Position numbers and translations under genes: made by a program. From positions 1 to 45,647 of IMG/VR virus record IMGVR_UViG_3300020595_000062: DNA of 45,647 nucleotides, one strand, 5' to 3'. Source of the DNA: a virus. Shown here piece by piece: positions 24,669 to 33,871 of the stretch (positions are counted from its first letter, which is position 1; every line of letters begins with the position of its first letter). The notes under the pieces are model-generated. The model ran no database searches. It had not been told where the DNA came from and saw only the letters and a program-made list of their open reading frames with translations.

Positions 24669-26095
24669 AATGGGAACCTCACAATTATCAGTTAACCGCT
24701 ATATCCTTCTTAATTTCTAATCCTCGTTCTGGATTATTCTTAGATCCAGGTTTAGGTAAGACTTCCACCAGTTTAGCAGCAGCCAAAATATTAATAAACA
24801 GTGGGGAAATAAAAGGTACATTAATGATTGCTCCTTTGCGAGTAACTTATAGCGTTTGGCCTAGCGAAATAGAAAAGTGGATTAATTTTAATAGTCTAAG
24901 TTGTACCATATTACACGACGACAATAAGAGCTCGTTATGGAACAGCGATAAAGATATATACTTAATAAACCCTGAAGGATTACCTTGGCTCCATAAAGAA
25001 CTATTGAACGGTTTGAAAGGAGGCAAGAAATGCCCCTTCAATACTCTTTGGATAGATGAGAGTACTAAATTTAAATCTCACGAATCTAAGAGATTCGAAC
25101 TACTATGCGATATGTTACCTCTGTTCAAGCGTAGGCATATAATGACAGGTACTCCTTCTCCTAAATCTCTATTGGATTTGTGGTCTCAATTGTATATATT
25201 AGACGAGGGTAAAACACTAGGTCATAATTTCCATAAGTTCCGTGCTAAATATTTTCAGTCTGAGGACTGGGATAAATACAACTGGCAAATAAAAGATTTC
25301 TCAGCAGAAAAGATACACGAATTAGTAGCTCCTATGGTATTGGAGATGTCCGCTACCGATTACCTAGACATGCCTGATTTGTTGTATAACGACATTCTAG
25401 TAACTTTGCCACCCAAAGCCGAAAAACACTATAAAGAAATGGAGAAAGAATTCTTCATAGAGTTAGACGGAATGGAAGCTTCTGCAGAAGCCGCTGCTCA
25501 AGTTAGTATGAAGTGTCATCAGATAGCCAATGGTAATGTATATGAAGATATTCCAGACAACCTTGACGAAGATGAAATAAAAATATTCAGGCGTACTCGT
25601 AAAACAATACACATACATAACGCTAAATTAGAAGCCCTAGCTGATTTAATAAACGAACTTAATGGTAAACCTATATTAATAGCTTATCATTTTAAGCACG
25701 ATTTAGAAGCTCTCAGAGGCTTGTTAGGTGACGACGTACCATATATAGGTAGTGGGGTTTCCCCAGTTAAAGCTAAGGAACTGGAAGTAAAATGGAACGC
25801 AGGTTTAATACCAATATTGTTAGGTCATCCCGATGCTATGGCTCATGGTTTAAACTTCCAAGAAAGCGGTAATGATATATGTTGGTTCAGTTTAACTTGG
25901 AATTTAGAGAACTATATTCAATTTATAGCTAGAATATGGAGGCAAGGTGTTAAGGGTAGGGAAGTCAGAGTACATCACATAATAGCTAAAAATACTACTG
26001 ACGAAGCTATGATTATGAGATTAGGAGAAAGAGCTGAAAATCAAGAGGACTTAAGACAAGCCCTCAAGAGATACCGATTAAGAAGTAACCAATAA
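24659..26095 (+). CDS. SNF2/SWI2-family helicase
   Basis: Motif I DPGLGKTS, motif II LWIDESTKFK, and C-terminal helicase motifs including FIARIWRQG. Confidence 0.85.
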   Translation: MAIKWEPHNYQLTAISFLISNPRSGLFLDPGLGKTSTSLAAAKILINSGEIKGTLMIAPLRVTYSVWPSEIEKWINFNSLSCTILHDDNKSSLWNSDKDIYLINPEGLPWLHKELLNGLKGGKKCPFNTLWIDESTKFKSHESKRFELLCDMLPLFKRRHIMTGTPSPKSLLDLWSQLYILDEGKTLGHNFHKFRAKYFQSEDWDKYNWQIKDFSAEKIHELVAPMVLEMSATDYLDMPDLLYNDILVTLPPKAEKHYKEMEKEFFIELDGMEASAEAAAQVSMKCHQIANGNVYEDIPDNLDEDEIKIFRRTRKTIHIHNAKLEALADLINELNGKPILIAYHFKHDLEALRGLLGDDVPYIGSGVSPVKAKELEVKWNAGLIPILLGHPDAMAHGLNFQESGNDICWFSLTWNLENYIQFIARIWRQGVKGREVRVHHIIAKNTTDEAMIMRLGERAENQEDLRQALKRYRLRSNQ

Positions 26096-26479
26096 TATAA
26101 AATCTTTACCAGCTAACTCTCTTCTCATTTTATTAAGTCCGGACTTAGATCCTAATACCGCAGGTAATCCTCCTAACACTCCATGCCTAGAACCTACTAT
26201 GGTGCATCCCCTACTATGTTTTACCAAGTTACCTTGATGCCACAATATACCAGATCTATTTGGGACATTGATAACGTGCCATACTCTTTTATATTTACCA
26301 CTACCTGACCTAGCTAACCATTTAACCATATAAAAACCTTCTGGATAACAAGATATATTACTCTTGTTATCTAACCAAGGTCTTTCTATGGTTTTTATTT
26401 GGTTGCCGCTAGGTAATGTTACAGTAGCTAGAGTGCAATCCTTTTTATATTTTCGGTGCAGAGTTACGACGGGATACAT
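26078..26479 (-). CDS. DUF5675-like protein (last gene of the minus arm, possibly lysis-associated)
   Basis: CTLATVTL...TIERPWLDNKSNISCYPEGFY...NVPNRSGILWHQGNLVKHSRGCTIVG fits the DUF5675 consensus as I remember it. Confidence 0.55.
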   Translation of the reverse strand: MYPVVTLHRKYKKDCTLATVTLPSGNQIKTIERPWLDNKSNISCYPEGFYMVKWLARSGSGKYKRVWHVINVPNRSGILWHQGNLVKHSRGCTIVGSRHGVLGGLPAVLGSKSGLNKMRRELAGKDFILLVTS

Positions 26480-26984
26480 AATAGAAAGTCACCACGCTAG
26501 ATACTGTGAATGATAAGGTTGCAAATAAACCCAGTAATATTTCTTTACCTTCTTGAGCTGTTAGATCTCCTGAAAATTCTTTAAAAGCCCATATAAGCAT
26601 AGCAGTAAATAGAGCTGAAGCCCAAACTGCTAATGAAGGTCTAATAGAAGCTCTGAAGTTGTCCATCCAAGAAGAAGTATTTAAATTAGCGAACTCAGCA
26701 ATAGTAGCTTTACCCAATGTTTCTTGATGAGAAACTTCTATCTCAGCTTCAGATTCAGTCATCACTTTTTCTATTTCTAAGCGACCTCCCTTTTCTAGCA
26801 TAGCTAGGGAATGCTCTCTTTCAGCTTTATCGTTAGCGTACTCAGCAGCGTCTCTTTCCAATTCTATACGAGCCATCTCTACTCGTTCTTTACGTTCTTG
26901 GCTCTGTTTAAACAAACCGAAAAACCCACCTAATAATCCCCCACCAGCTCCAGTGGAAAGTGCTGTTAATATGCTTAATATCAT
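26445..26984 (-). CDS. Putative holin (three TM segments with a coiled-coil linker; resembles GTA-type 3TM holins)
   Basis: Gly-rich N-terminal TM ILSILTALSTGAGGGLLGGFFGLF, a charged coiled-coil, then SIRPSLAVWASALFTAMLIWAF and LLGLFATLSFTVSSVVTFYYV. ATGA overlap with the amidase gene. Confidence 0.5.
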   Translation of the reverse strand: MILSILTALSTGAGGGLLGGFFGLFKQSQERKERVEMARIELERDAAEYANDKAEREHSLAMLEKGGRLEIEKVMTESEAEIEVSHQETLGKATIAEFANLNTSSWMDNFRASIRPSLAVWASALFTAMLIWAFKEFSGDLTAQEGKEILLGLFATLSFTVSSVVTFYYVSRRNSAPKI

Positions 26985-27433
26985 TTTAAATACCTCTCGT
27001 TGAATTGTTTACCTTGCATTAACTCTACATCGTATCCCATATCTAAAAGTTTATCTATTATTGTGCCTCCGTCTTTTCTCATACCTAAGTTCAAATCAAT
27101 TCCTATTGATTTTAAAGACTCGTCTACCGCTTCAAAACAATATAACTTTTGAGCAAAAGAAACACCTAACCACCAAAATACTAATCCTAGTGTGTCGTAT
27201 CTAACACCTAAATTATTAGTAATCCAGATGCTCGGATCACCTTCTATTTCACAAACCGCTACAGTTCTAGTTTCTACCACTCCTTCACATTCAGAAAACT
27301 CACCTTTAATAAAAGTAGTATCGTACAACTTACCTTTGTTCCAAATTGCTCCGTGGCTATAACCTGCTCCAGTTACTAATGAACATATTACACTGAAGAA
27401 AGTTTTATTAGATTCGTAAATTACTACTTTCAT
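26981..27433 (-). CDS. Permuted papain-like (YiiX/C92, NlpC/P60-related) amidase; candidate endolysin
   Basis: His precedes Cys: GAGYSHGAIW ... QKLYCFEAV. It lies directly upstream of the holin. AAGGAG SD present. Confidence 0.45.
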   Translation of the reverse strand: MKVVIYESNKTFFSVICSLVTGAGYSHGAIWNKGKLYDTTFIKGEFSECEGVVETRTVAVCEIEGDPSIWITNNLGVRYDTLGLVFWWLGVSFAQKLYCFEAVDESLKSIGIDLNLGMRKDGGTIIDKLLDMGYDVELMQGKQFNERYLK

Positions 27434-27443
27434 TGTTATCTCC

Positions 27444-27812
27444 TTATTGGAAAAAGCTAAATCGGAAAGGTATCCAAGTTGCTTCGAATAGGCTTAAATT
27501 TTCAGGGCTTAATGTTAGTACGCTACCGTTAGAGAATTCAAAAGGAATAGGGTTACCAGCAACTATAAAGTTCCTAACTGAGCTCAAACCCCATTGGTCT
27601 TCTTTCAAAGCACTACACATTATACCTTGGAATTCAACTCCCAAATACATAAGTTCTGATCTACTTAGTTCGGAAACTACATAGGGTAATATTTCCGCAT
27701 TACCTCTACCTACTTCGTCCAATACATTGTTGTAAGCCCTATGACCCACAACAATGGTTTCTCCTGAAGGACTCAATAAGTTTCCAGATTCTAAGGTTAT
27801 ATACGTTACCAC
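27444..27812 (-). CDS. Tail fibre assembly/chaperone protein, paralogue 2
   Basis: C-terminal MCSALKEDQWGLSSVRNFIVAGNPIPFEFSNGSVLTLSPENLSLFEATWIPFRFSFF. The track start 27872 is TTG. GTG 27812 has an AAGGAG SD 6 nt upstream. Confidence 0.65.
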   Translation of the reverse strand: MVTYITLESGNLLSPSGETIVVGHRAYNNVLDEVGRGNAEILPYVVSELSRSELMYLGVEFQGIMCSALKEDQWGLSSVRNFIVAGNPIPFEFSNGSVLTLSPENLSLFEATWIPFRFSFFQ

Positions 27813-27825
27813 AATCAACTCCTTG

Positions 27826-28197
27826 TTAAATACTGAAGAATCCAGCTCTAAATGGGACCCAAACAGCTTCAAAGTCAGACAAGTTTTCAGGAGTCAATAA
27901 TAATGTGTTGCCGTTCATAAATTCAAACGGAATAGAATTACCAGCTATTATAAAATCTTTGATAGCGTTTAGACCCCACATGTCTTCTTTTAATGCACTA
28001 CACATGGTGTCGTTGAAGTTAATACCAGACATCATTGCTTGCTTTCTCAACTCCTCGACTGTTGGATCGGGAGGCGAATTATTAATAGTAAGCTGATCAT
28101 AAAATTCTTGCTCTGTTATTTCAGTCAAACTCGTATGGTTCTCAACAATAGGATCAATAAATAATTCATCTTGTGCGTTTTTGTAGTATTTCATCAT
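27826..28197 (-). CDS. Tail fibre assembly/chaperone protein, paralogue 1
   Basis: C-terminal MCSALKEDMWGLNAIKDFIIAGNSIPFEFMNGNTLLLTPENLSDFEAVWVPFRAGFF. ATG 28197 or 28194 follows a GAGGG SD. ATG 28224 would overlap the fibre gene. Confidence 0.65.
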   Translation of the reverse strand: MMKYYKNAQDELFIDPIVENHTSLTEITEQEFYDQLTINNSPPDPTVEELRKQAMMSGINFNDTMCSALKEDMWGLNAIKDFIIAGNSIPFEFMNGNTLLLTPENLSDFEAVWVPFRAGFFSI

Positions 28198-28205
28198 CTT
28201 ACCCT

Positions 28206-29195
28206 CTATCTTAGTTCGTACCATGAAACCGAAGATCCTGGTACAGTAATGCTGTAAGTGCTACCAGCAGGGACGATTACAGAGTGGGAGGCTGTAAAAG
28301 AGCTACCCCCATTATCAGCAATCGTACTAACTGTAAGGCCATCAACAAGCATCACATTAGTTCCAGTCGACATTAATCTAGATATAACAACCATTATTGC
28401 TTGGCCTGTTGTGTTTGTGTATGTTACTCCTGCAGTCCTACTCGCTGTTACATCAACCCAGCTCTGACCACTTCCTATTGGACCTGCTATAATTTCACCG
28501 CTTGATGCAATCTCAAATGTAGGGGAACTCCATGTTATTATGGTATCTGCCACCCCCGACACCGTTGAAACATAAAAAGAAATAGTACCCGCTACAGAAA
28601 CGCCTATTCTTGTTGCATATCCCGCTGTTTTAAATCGCCAGTCAACTCCATCATAGTAGAAGTTAAATCCCAATTCCCCGTTAGAGATACCAGACGCTAA
28701 TGATAAGATTTTTAAATCAACACCTGTGTATGATTGCCATCCGTAAAAATTATCCGCAATAGCCATATTACCGTTATCGTCAATAGCCACAATGCTATTT
28801 TGTAATTTTCCGTTTACCCCGTTGAACCTTGCTATAGCATTGTCCGAAGACGCGAGCAATGGGTTCACATTAGCCCAATCAGTAGGGCTAACGCTAGGCT
28901 CATTAGTAGGGTCGCCGCCAGATAATAGCTCGTAAACTTTACTATCTACTGTAGACCTTGCCCACGCACCTTCGGGGTAAGGTGTTGCTGTATCCCACTG
29001 CATAATCCCATACTCATTAGCATGAGCTAAGGCTTGGGTGAACAATTGCTGTAAGAAGTTAAAATTTTCAAAAGGTGGGATCTCAGCCGTCCAACCTGCA
29101 TCGAACTTACCAGGACTAGTTACGTCAGGATCTTCAATATTGGATGGAGGTGCTCCTTCTGCCCATACCCTGTTTAAATCAGGCTTAGTAGTCAT
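28206..29195 (-). CDS. Tail fibre protein
   Basis: N-terminal NRVWAEGAPPSNIEDPD...GWTAEIPPFENFNFLQQ is typical of fibre N-termini. It lies downstream of the baseplate genes and upstream of the chaperones. Confidence 0.7.
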   Translation of the reverse strand: MTTKPDLNRVWAEGAPPSNIEDPDVTSPGKFDAGWTAEIPPFENFNFLQQLFTQALAHANEYGIMQWDTATPYPEGAWARSTVDSKVYELLSGGDPTNEPSVSPTDWANVNPLLASSDNAIARFNGVNGKLQNSIVAIDDNGNMAIADNFYGWQSYTGVDLKILSLASGISNGELGFNFYYDGVDWRFKTAGYATRIGVSVAGTISFYVSTVSGVADTIITWSSPTFEIASSGEIIAGPIGSGQSWVDVTASRTAGVTYTNTTGQAIMVVISRLMSTGTNVMLVDGLTVSTIADNGGSSFTASHSVIVPAGSTYSITVPGSSVSWYELR

Positions 29196-29205
29196 TCTTG
29201 TTTCC

Positions 29206-29910
29206 TCAAGATATAATGGATGAAAATTTACCGCCTATTGACGGATCGTTAATTGAGCCGAACCCCTTACTGGTAGGAATTCCTCCAAATCCAAACGCGG
29301 ATTCAGACTCGTATTCTTGGTATCCTACTCCTACTCCTGCTACTTTAGGAACTAAATCCGTATTCAATAAAAATGCTTTTTCATTAACAGTTAACATTCT
29401 ACCGAATTGAACTGTATAGTGCATAGCACCGTCTGTAATTATGATTTGCTCAACTTCAAATAAAAATTTGAAAAAACTCAAGGTTTCTGGTAAATTCGGG
29501 TTTATAGAGTTTTTGATAATCCTAGCTCTAATGTACAAGCGATATTCTTCGTCAGTTAATTCCCTATTACCAGTTGTAGATTCTTCTTTACTTCTAAATC
29601 TACCGCCCAATGAAACATTAGAAACACTACCAAAAGAAGAAGCACCGCTATTAGGTGCAAATCCAAAATAACTAATTATTAGAGCGTCAACTAATATCCT
29701 AGGTTGACCTACAATAGAACCTATTATATCTAAGTTGATTCCTTCGGCAGTGTCTATCCAACGATCAGTCAATAGGCTTCTGAAAACTCCCTCAAGAGAA
29801 TCTGATTCCAATAAAAGAGCTTTAATATAACTTATTAAGTTTGTGGACTCTTTAAATTGAGTAGCTAATCTACTCTCAGCTAACTCTTTATGATCAATAA
29901 TAGATGACAT
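29206..29910 (-). CDS. Baseplate / fibre-attachment protein (DUF2612, P2 gpI-like)
   Basis: ESRLATQFKESTNLISYIKALL...DTAEGINLDIIGSIVGQPR. It follows the baseplate J gene. Confidence 0.65.
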   Translation of the reverse strand: MSSIIDHKELAESRLATQFKESTNLISYIKALLLESDSLEGVFRSLLTDRWIDTAEGINLDIIGSIVGQPRILVDALIISYFGFAPNSGASSFGSVSNVSLGGRFRSKEESTTGNRELTDEEYRLYIRARIIKNSINPNLPETLSFFKFLFEVEQIIITDGAMHYTVQFGRMLTVNEKAFLLNTDLVPKVAGVGVGYQEYESESAFGFGGIPTSKGFGSINDPSIGGKFSSIIS

Positions 29911-31089
29911 TTATGAGTTTACCGTTATGTTGGCTACGGTGAAATTAGAAACTTCCGATATAGCTATGTTTATGTCTGAGGTTTGATCAGCAGGATAACT
30001 AGTTTTAATGAACATGCTATCCACAGTGTGTCCAGGTACGTTGTTTATAGGAGTATATATTTCAGAATGAATCACGTTATCTCCTAAGAAAAAACCTCGA
30101 CCTTCTATCAAATTACCTTGAGCGTAATCCACAATAGCTTGTTTAATATTAGCATCCCCATCTGAGGGATAATTGGAGAAAGTAGTTAAATTGACTTCCA
30201 CATATATGTCTATTTCATCAGGTCTAGAAAAAGATACGTTATGTACTATACCTTGATCGTCATTCACAGGTACACTAGTAGTCCCAAACGAAGTGACTCC
30301 TAATGTCTTTTTAACAAAAATAGCATTGGCAATATCTTCGTCTTCTCCTCCAACAACTATAACGTGTATAGAGTGATCGGGTAGACCATTGGCGTCCGGA
30401 TTAATATTAGTGTCGTTCTCTAACACCGTAGTTTGAGTAACTCCAGGGACTGATCTAACTTCTGCAAATATAGCATCCACTAAGGCTTGAGCATCTCTAG
30501 CTACGGATCTAGCTCGTCTAGCTCTAAATTGCACATCAGTTTCTTCTTCCGTCCCTTCTACAGCATCTGAAACATTAGTAACAGAATCCCACCCAGAAAT
30601 AGGAGTATCTATATTTGTAAGAGTACCTGCTACCGCCGATATCACTCCTGTATCCACTGCATTGGCGATAACCGTTACAGAACCTCCAGAAGGAATAACA
30701 ACTTCCGATTGAGTGCTAAATTGAACATTAGTATCCGAAGTAGATATTAAGCTACCTTCAGGAATTATGGTAGATTGAGTTCCAGATAGAGTTAATAACG
30801 CAAAAGAAGAACTAGCTTTCAGTCTTATCAATCCGTTAAGTTGGTAAAGATTATCTTGAGTGACCCCTGTTACCGCTGAAGGATTAAAAGCATTATAAGA
30901 TTCCTCAGCTATTTCCCAAAGATTAGCATTGGACTCAGATATAACGCCGTTTATTTGACCATCTGGGGATTCTGGAGATACGTTAAAATTAGTACCGAAT
31001 ATAGATTTAACTTCAGAGTTTAAATCTTCTAATATACGATCTAATCTTTTCCTATTGAATCCTGTATTAGATATGCCGAACTCAGACAT
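29911..31089 (-). CDS. Baseplate J-like protein
   Basis: 392 aa, in the conserved order W/gp25-like, then J, then I-like. It contains the ...FRARRARSVA... segment typical of this family. Confidence 0.7.
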   Translation of the reverse strand: MSEFGISNTGFNRKRLDRILEDLNSEVKSIFGTNFNVSPESPDGQINGVISESNANLWEIAEESYNAFNPSAVTGVTQDNLYQLNGLIRLKASSSFALLTLSGTQSTIIPEGSLISTSDTNVQFSTQSEVVIPSGGSVTVIANAVDTGVISAVAGTLTNIDTPISGWDSVTNVSDAVEGTEEETDVQFRARRARSVARDAQALVDAIFAEVRSVPGVTQTTVLENDTNINPDANGLPDHSIHVIVVGGEDEDIANAIFVKKTLGVTSFGTTSVPVNDDQGIVHNVSFSRPDEIDIYVEVNLTTFSNYPSDGDANIKQAIVDYAQGNLIEGRGFFLGDNVIHSEIYTPINNVPGHTVDSMFIKTSYPADQTSDINIAISEVSNFTVANITVNS

Positions 31090-31447
31090 TGATGGTCACC
31101 TTTTCATTATCTATAGTGCCGTAAGTAGTTTCTGCAGAAAAAGAAACAGTAAGTAATCTAGAAGACTCACCTTGGTAATCCATAGAAAATTCCAATAATG
31201 ATTCTACTTCAGGAGTGCTCAATATTTTAGCCTTAAATATAGACTCAATATTAGCTAAGTTCGCAGGTTTTGTAAATACTTCTTGGAAATAAGGAATTCC
31301 CGATTCCAAATCCAAAAACCATTCTTCCATGTAAAATAATAATCTAGTCCTAACGTGCTGAACCGTTTCAGCTCCTTCGGATACTAATTTCAAAGAACCG
31401 TTCTCTATTACTAGATCATTGTTGGAATTTAAAGCTCTACCTATCAT
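31082..31447 (-). CDS. Baseplate wedge protein (gp25/gpW or XkdS-like)
   Basis: 121 aa with VQHVRTRLLFYMEEWFLDLESGIPYF. Position is upstream of J. Confidence 0.6.
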   Translation of the reverse strand: MIGRALNSNNDLVIENGSLKLVSEGAETVQHVRTRLLFYMEEWFLDLESGIPYFQEVFTKPANLANIESIFKAKILSTPEVESLLEFSMDYQGESSRLLTVSFSAETTYGTIDNEKVTINV

Positions 31448-32094
31448 GACTGAGGTACTCCTGTAGGTTCTTGGGTGTCCCCGTCTGAATCATTGGGTTG
31501 ATCGTGATAATGAATGTCGAATATAACTCCGTTAATGTTAAACTGACCGTTAGCTTGGAGCTCAACGAATCCGTTGGAGTTTTGCATTTTAATTGAAGAG
31601 TCCGGTTTAATAGAAATCACTGCTGATCCATCGTCTTTCCTCAATTGTAATTCAGAATTACTATAGTTTTCAATTTTATTAGGTATGGAAGAAAGACCTA
31701 CTATCGCGGTGGCGTCACTTAATGAGTGGAATCTCTTACCTAAAGGTTTAGAAACTTTGCCAGTGTTGTGCCAGTTATCTATAGATCTTTCTGAGAAATT
31801 TAACAAACACTCATCACCTTTAGCGACAGGCAATGTTATAGAATAACCTCCTCCTCTAGGGTATATAAAAGGCACATTAATAAGAATAGGTAAGTCGGTG
31901 GGTACTAGTATTTCTTTGTCACCGTCTCTAGTTACAAATATCCTACGTATAGCAGGTTGGACAGTTAGAGTCTGATTGCTAAAATCCACAGACTCTATTA
32001 TTCCAGGCATAGAAGTGTGAAGTTCTTTCATCCTCGCTTCTATACCGTTTTTAATATTAGAAGCCAACGTAGATAAGTTTTCTTCTTTACGCAT
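31444..32094 (-). CDS. Central spike / baseplate assembly protein V-like (OB-fold)
   Basis: PGIIESVDFSNQTLTVQP...PVAKGDECLLNFSERSID...HSLSDATAIVGL. Confidence 0.6.
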   Translation of the reverse strand: MRKEENLSTLASNIKNGIEARMKELHTSMPGIIESVDFSNQTLTVQPAIRRIFVTRDGDKEILVPTDLPILINVPFIYPRGGGYSITLPVAKGDECLLNFSERSIDNWHNTGKVSKPLGKRFHSLSDATAIVGLSSIPNKIENYSNSELQLRKDDGSAVISIKPDSSIKMQNSNGFVELQANGQFNINGVIFDIHYHDQPNDSDGDTQEPTGVPQS

Positions 32095-32953
32095 TTATAG
32101 TCCTACCTTTGCTTAACGAAAACCAATCTTTCTCTCTTGAGTCACCTTTGAATACGACTTCTTGAACCTTGTATAATCCTTCTGCATCTGTCTTTTTTAT
32201 CTTCCTAAAAGACAAGTTAGCCAACTGTACAGCCGCATTGGTAGACTCTATTTTGAATGCTCTGTTGGGCAACATATCTGGATTTAATAGTGTTCTAACA
32301 TCAGCACCTATTTCGGTTATTGTTGGAGAGCCTATCATCCCTGTGGAATTACTAACCAGTATAGCTTCGTCATTCTTAATAGGGTCTTCTATTGGAGTGA
32401 TTACTATTTGCTCATTCTGTATACTCCAGTTGAATGCGTATTCTTCAGCAAAATTATCCATTATATCTTTAGAAGATCCAGACAACGATTGACCTCTCAA
32501 TTTGTCTGCAACATTAGGAACACCTTCTACAGAACCTATTGTTAGATTTTTAAAAGTCTTAATGACTTCTTCCACCGCAGACTTGATAGTTACGTTGGAA
32601 TTGAATGTCTTATTGAATGTAGAGTTCTGCCAATCTCTTTCCCCATCACCAGCGTAAACAGTAGCAATACTATCTACTCCAGATCTACTTTTGAATGCGT
32701 TTCTTATCTCACCTTTAAACAATAGTTTTAAATTACCTTCGTATCCCGCATTGAATATTATTTTAGCGTATTTACTATTTATGGCCGACAAAGTTTGAAA
32801 ATTAGCATTGTATATGTTTATCTTAAATAAATTGGGGTAGCTCAGCAAGCTCTTGGTTATTTCGAAATTAACTCTCAAATTAGATATAACTCTTGCTTCC
32901 CCATTATCGGGAATTATAGTCAACTCGTAAGCTCTTTTATATTGCCTACCCAT
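32087..32953 (-). CDS. Baseplate hub protein (gpD/XkdQ/gp27-like)
   Basis: N-terminal YELTIIPDNGEARVISNLRVNFEITKSLLSYPNLFKINIYN. Position is between the tape measure and the spike. Confidence 0.55.
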   Translation of the reverse strand: MGRQYKRAYELTIIPDNGEARVISNLRVNFEITKSLLSYPNLFKINIYNANFQTLSAINSKYAKIIFNAGYEGNLKLLFKGEIRNAFKSRSGVDSIATVYAGDGERDWQNSTFNKTFNSNVTIKSAVEEVIKTFKNLTIGSVEGVPNVADKLRGQSLSGSSKDIMDNFAEEYAFNWSIQNEQIVITPIEDPIKNDEAILVSNSTGMIGSPTITEIGADVRTLLNPDMLPNRAFKIESTNAAVQLANLSFRKIKKTDAEGLYKVQEVVFKGDSREKDWFSLSKGRTINA

Positions 32954-33257
32954 TGGAAATTTCTTCTTCGGTTAATATGAATATCTTCGCAGAAATTCCC
33001 AGATCTATGTCTGGGTCTAGAGAGGAGTTTTCTAGATTGATAACATAAGCGTTAGATATACCTATATTGTATTGACCGAAAATATCTATCCCTCCTAATA
33101 AAGACACTCCTCCAACTATGTTAATCCCCAAACTAGATAAAGATATAGTCCATATACCAGTTCTGGAGTTTAACATTACCACGCAATCGTAAGTTGTTTC
33201 TCCTAAGATTATAGAGAATGACTGTTCTGGCTCTGAGTTTAATGGTATTTCAATCAT
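32946..33257 (-). CDS. Small baseplate/tail protein
   Basis: 103 aa, translationally coupled on both sides within the baseplate block. Confidence 0.5.
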   Translation of the reverse strand: MIEIPLNSEPEQSFSIILGETTYDCVVMLNSRTGIWTISLSSLGINIVGGVSLLGGIDIFGQYNIGISNAYVINLENSSLDPDIDLGISAKIFILTEEEISNG

Positions 33258-33258
33258 A

Positions 33259-33870
33259 TCAACCTACCCAGTCTAATACTGATTTCAATACAGACTTATT
33301 AGTAGTTTCGTCAGGTGTCTTACCTTCTTGCCTACCTCTATTGTCTGCTGAAGAACCTTGAGTTCTAGTAGATCCCGATTTTAATCTTTTAGGATCTAGC
33401 TTTATAATCTTAGATTCAGTTATTATAGCTTCTTCTAACGAGATATTCATCAGTACTATTTTGGAAGTGTCCTTGTCCTGAGTAGTGCCTAAATTGGTTA
33501 TCATCATGTTCTTGTATAGCTTTAACTTAGTTTGCACATTTATAGGTTCTAGTTGTTCCATCAATTGTTCCATGGCGTTATATGCCGCATTACTACGGGT
33601 TAAATTGCCGCTAGTGGCTGTTCCAAATAAGCCCGTTACCAAATCTATTATTTGACCAAAAGCCGCTGAACCTAAAGGAGTGTCGCTAACTTGAGCTATA
33701 ATATTTAGCTTTTTAGGCTCTATTATAGCATGGTCGGTTATGTCAGCTCCTAACTCTATCGGGTTTTTAGTGAGCCTAACTTGATTACTATGAGTTTCAC
33801 TTATAACCGCGTCTAACTCTATACCACCTATAGACTTCTTAGTTCTTATAAATAAATTTTCAAAAGCCAT
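33259..33870 (-). CDS. Tail-tip/baseplate protein downstream of the tape measure
   Basis: 203 aa. The call rests on position only. Confidence 0.45.
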   Translation of the reverse strand: MAFENLFIRTKKSIGGIELDAVISETHSNQVRLTKNPIELGADITDHAIIEPKKLNIIAQVSDTPLGSAAFGQIIDLVTGLFGTATSGNLTRSNAAYNAMEQLMEQLEPINVQTKLKLYKNMMITNLGTTQDKDTSKIVLMNISLEEAIITESKIIKLDPKRLKSGSTRTQGSSADNRGRQEGKTPDETTNKSVLKSVLDWVG

Positions 33871-33871
33871 A

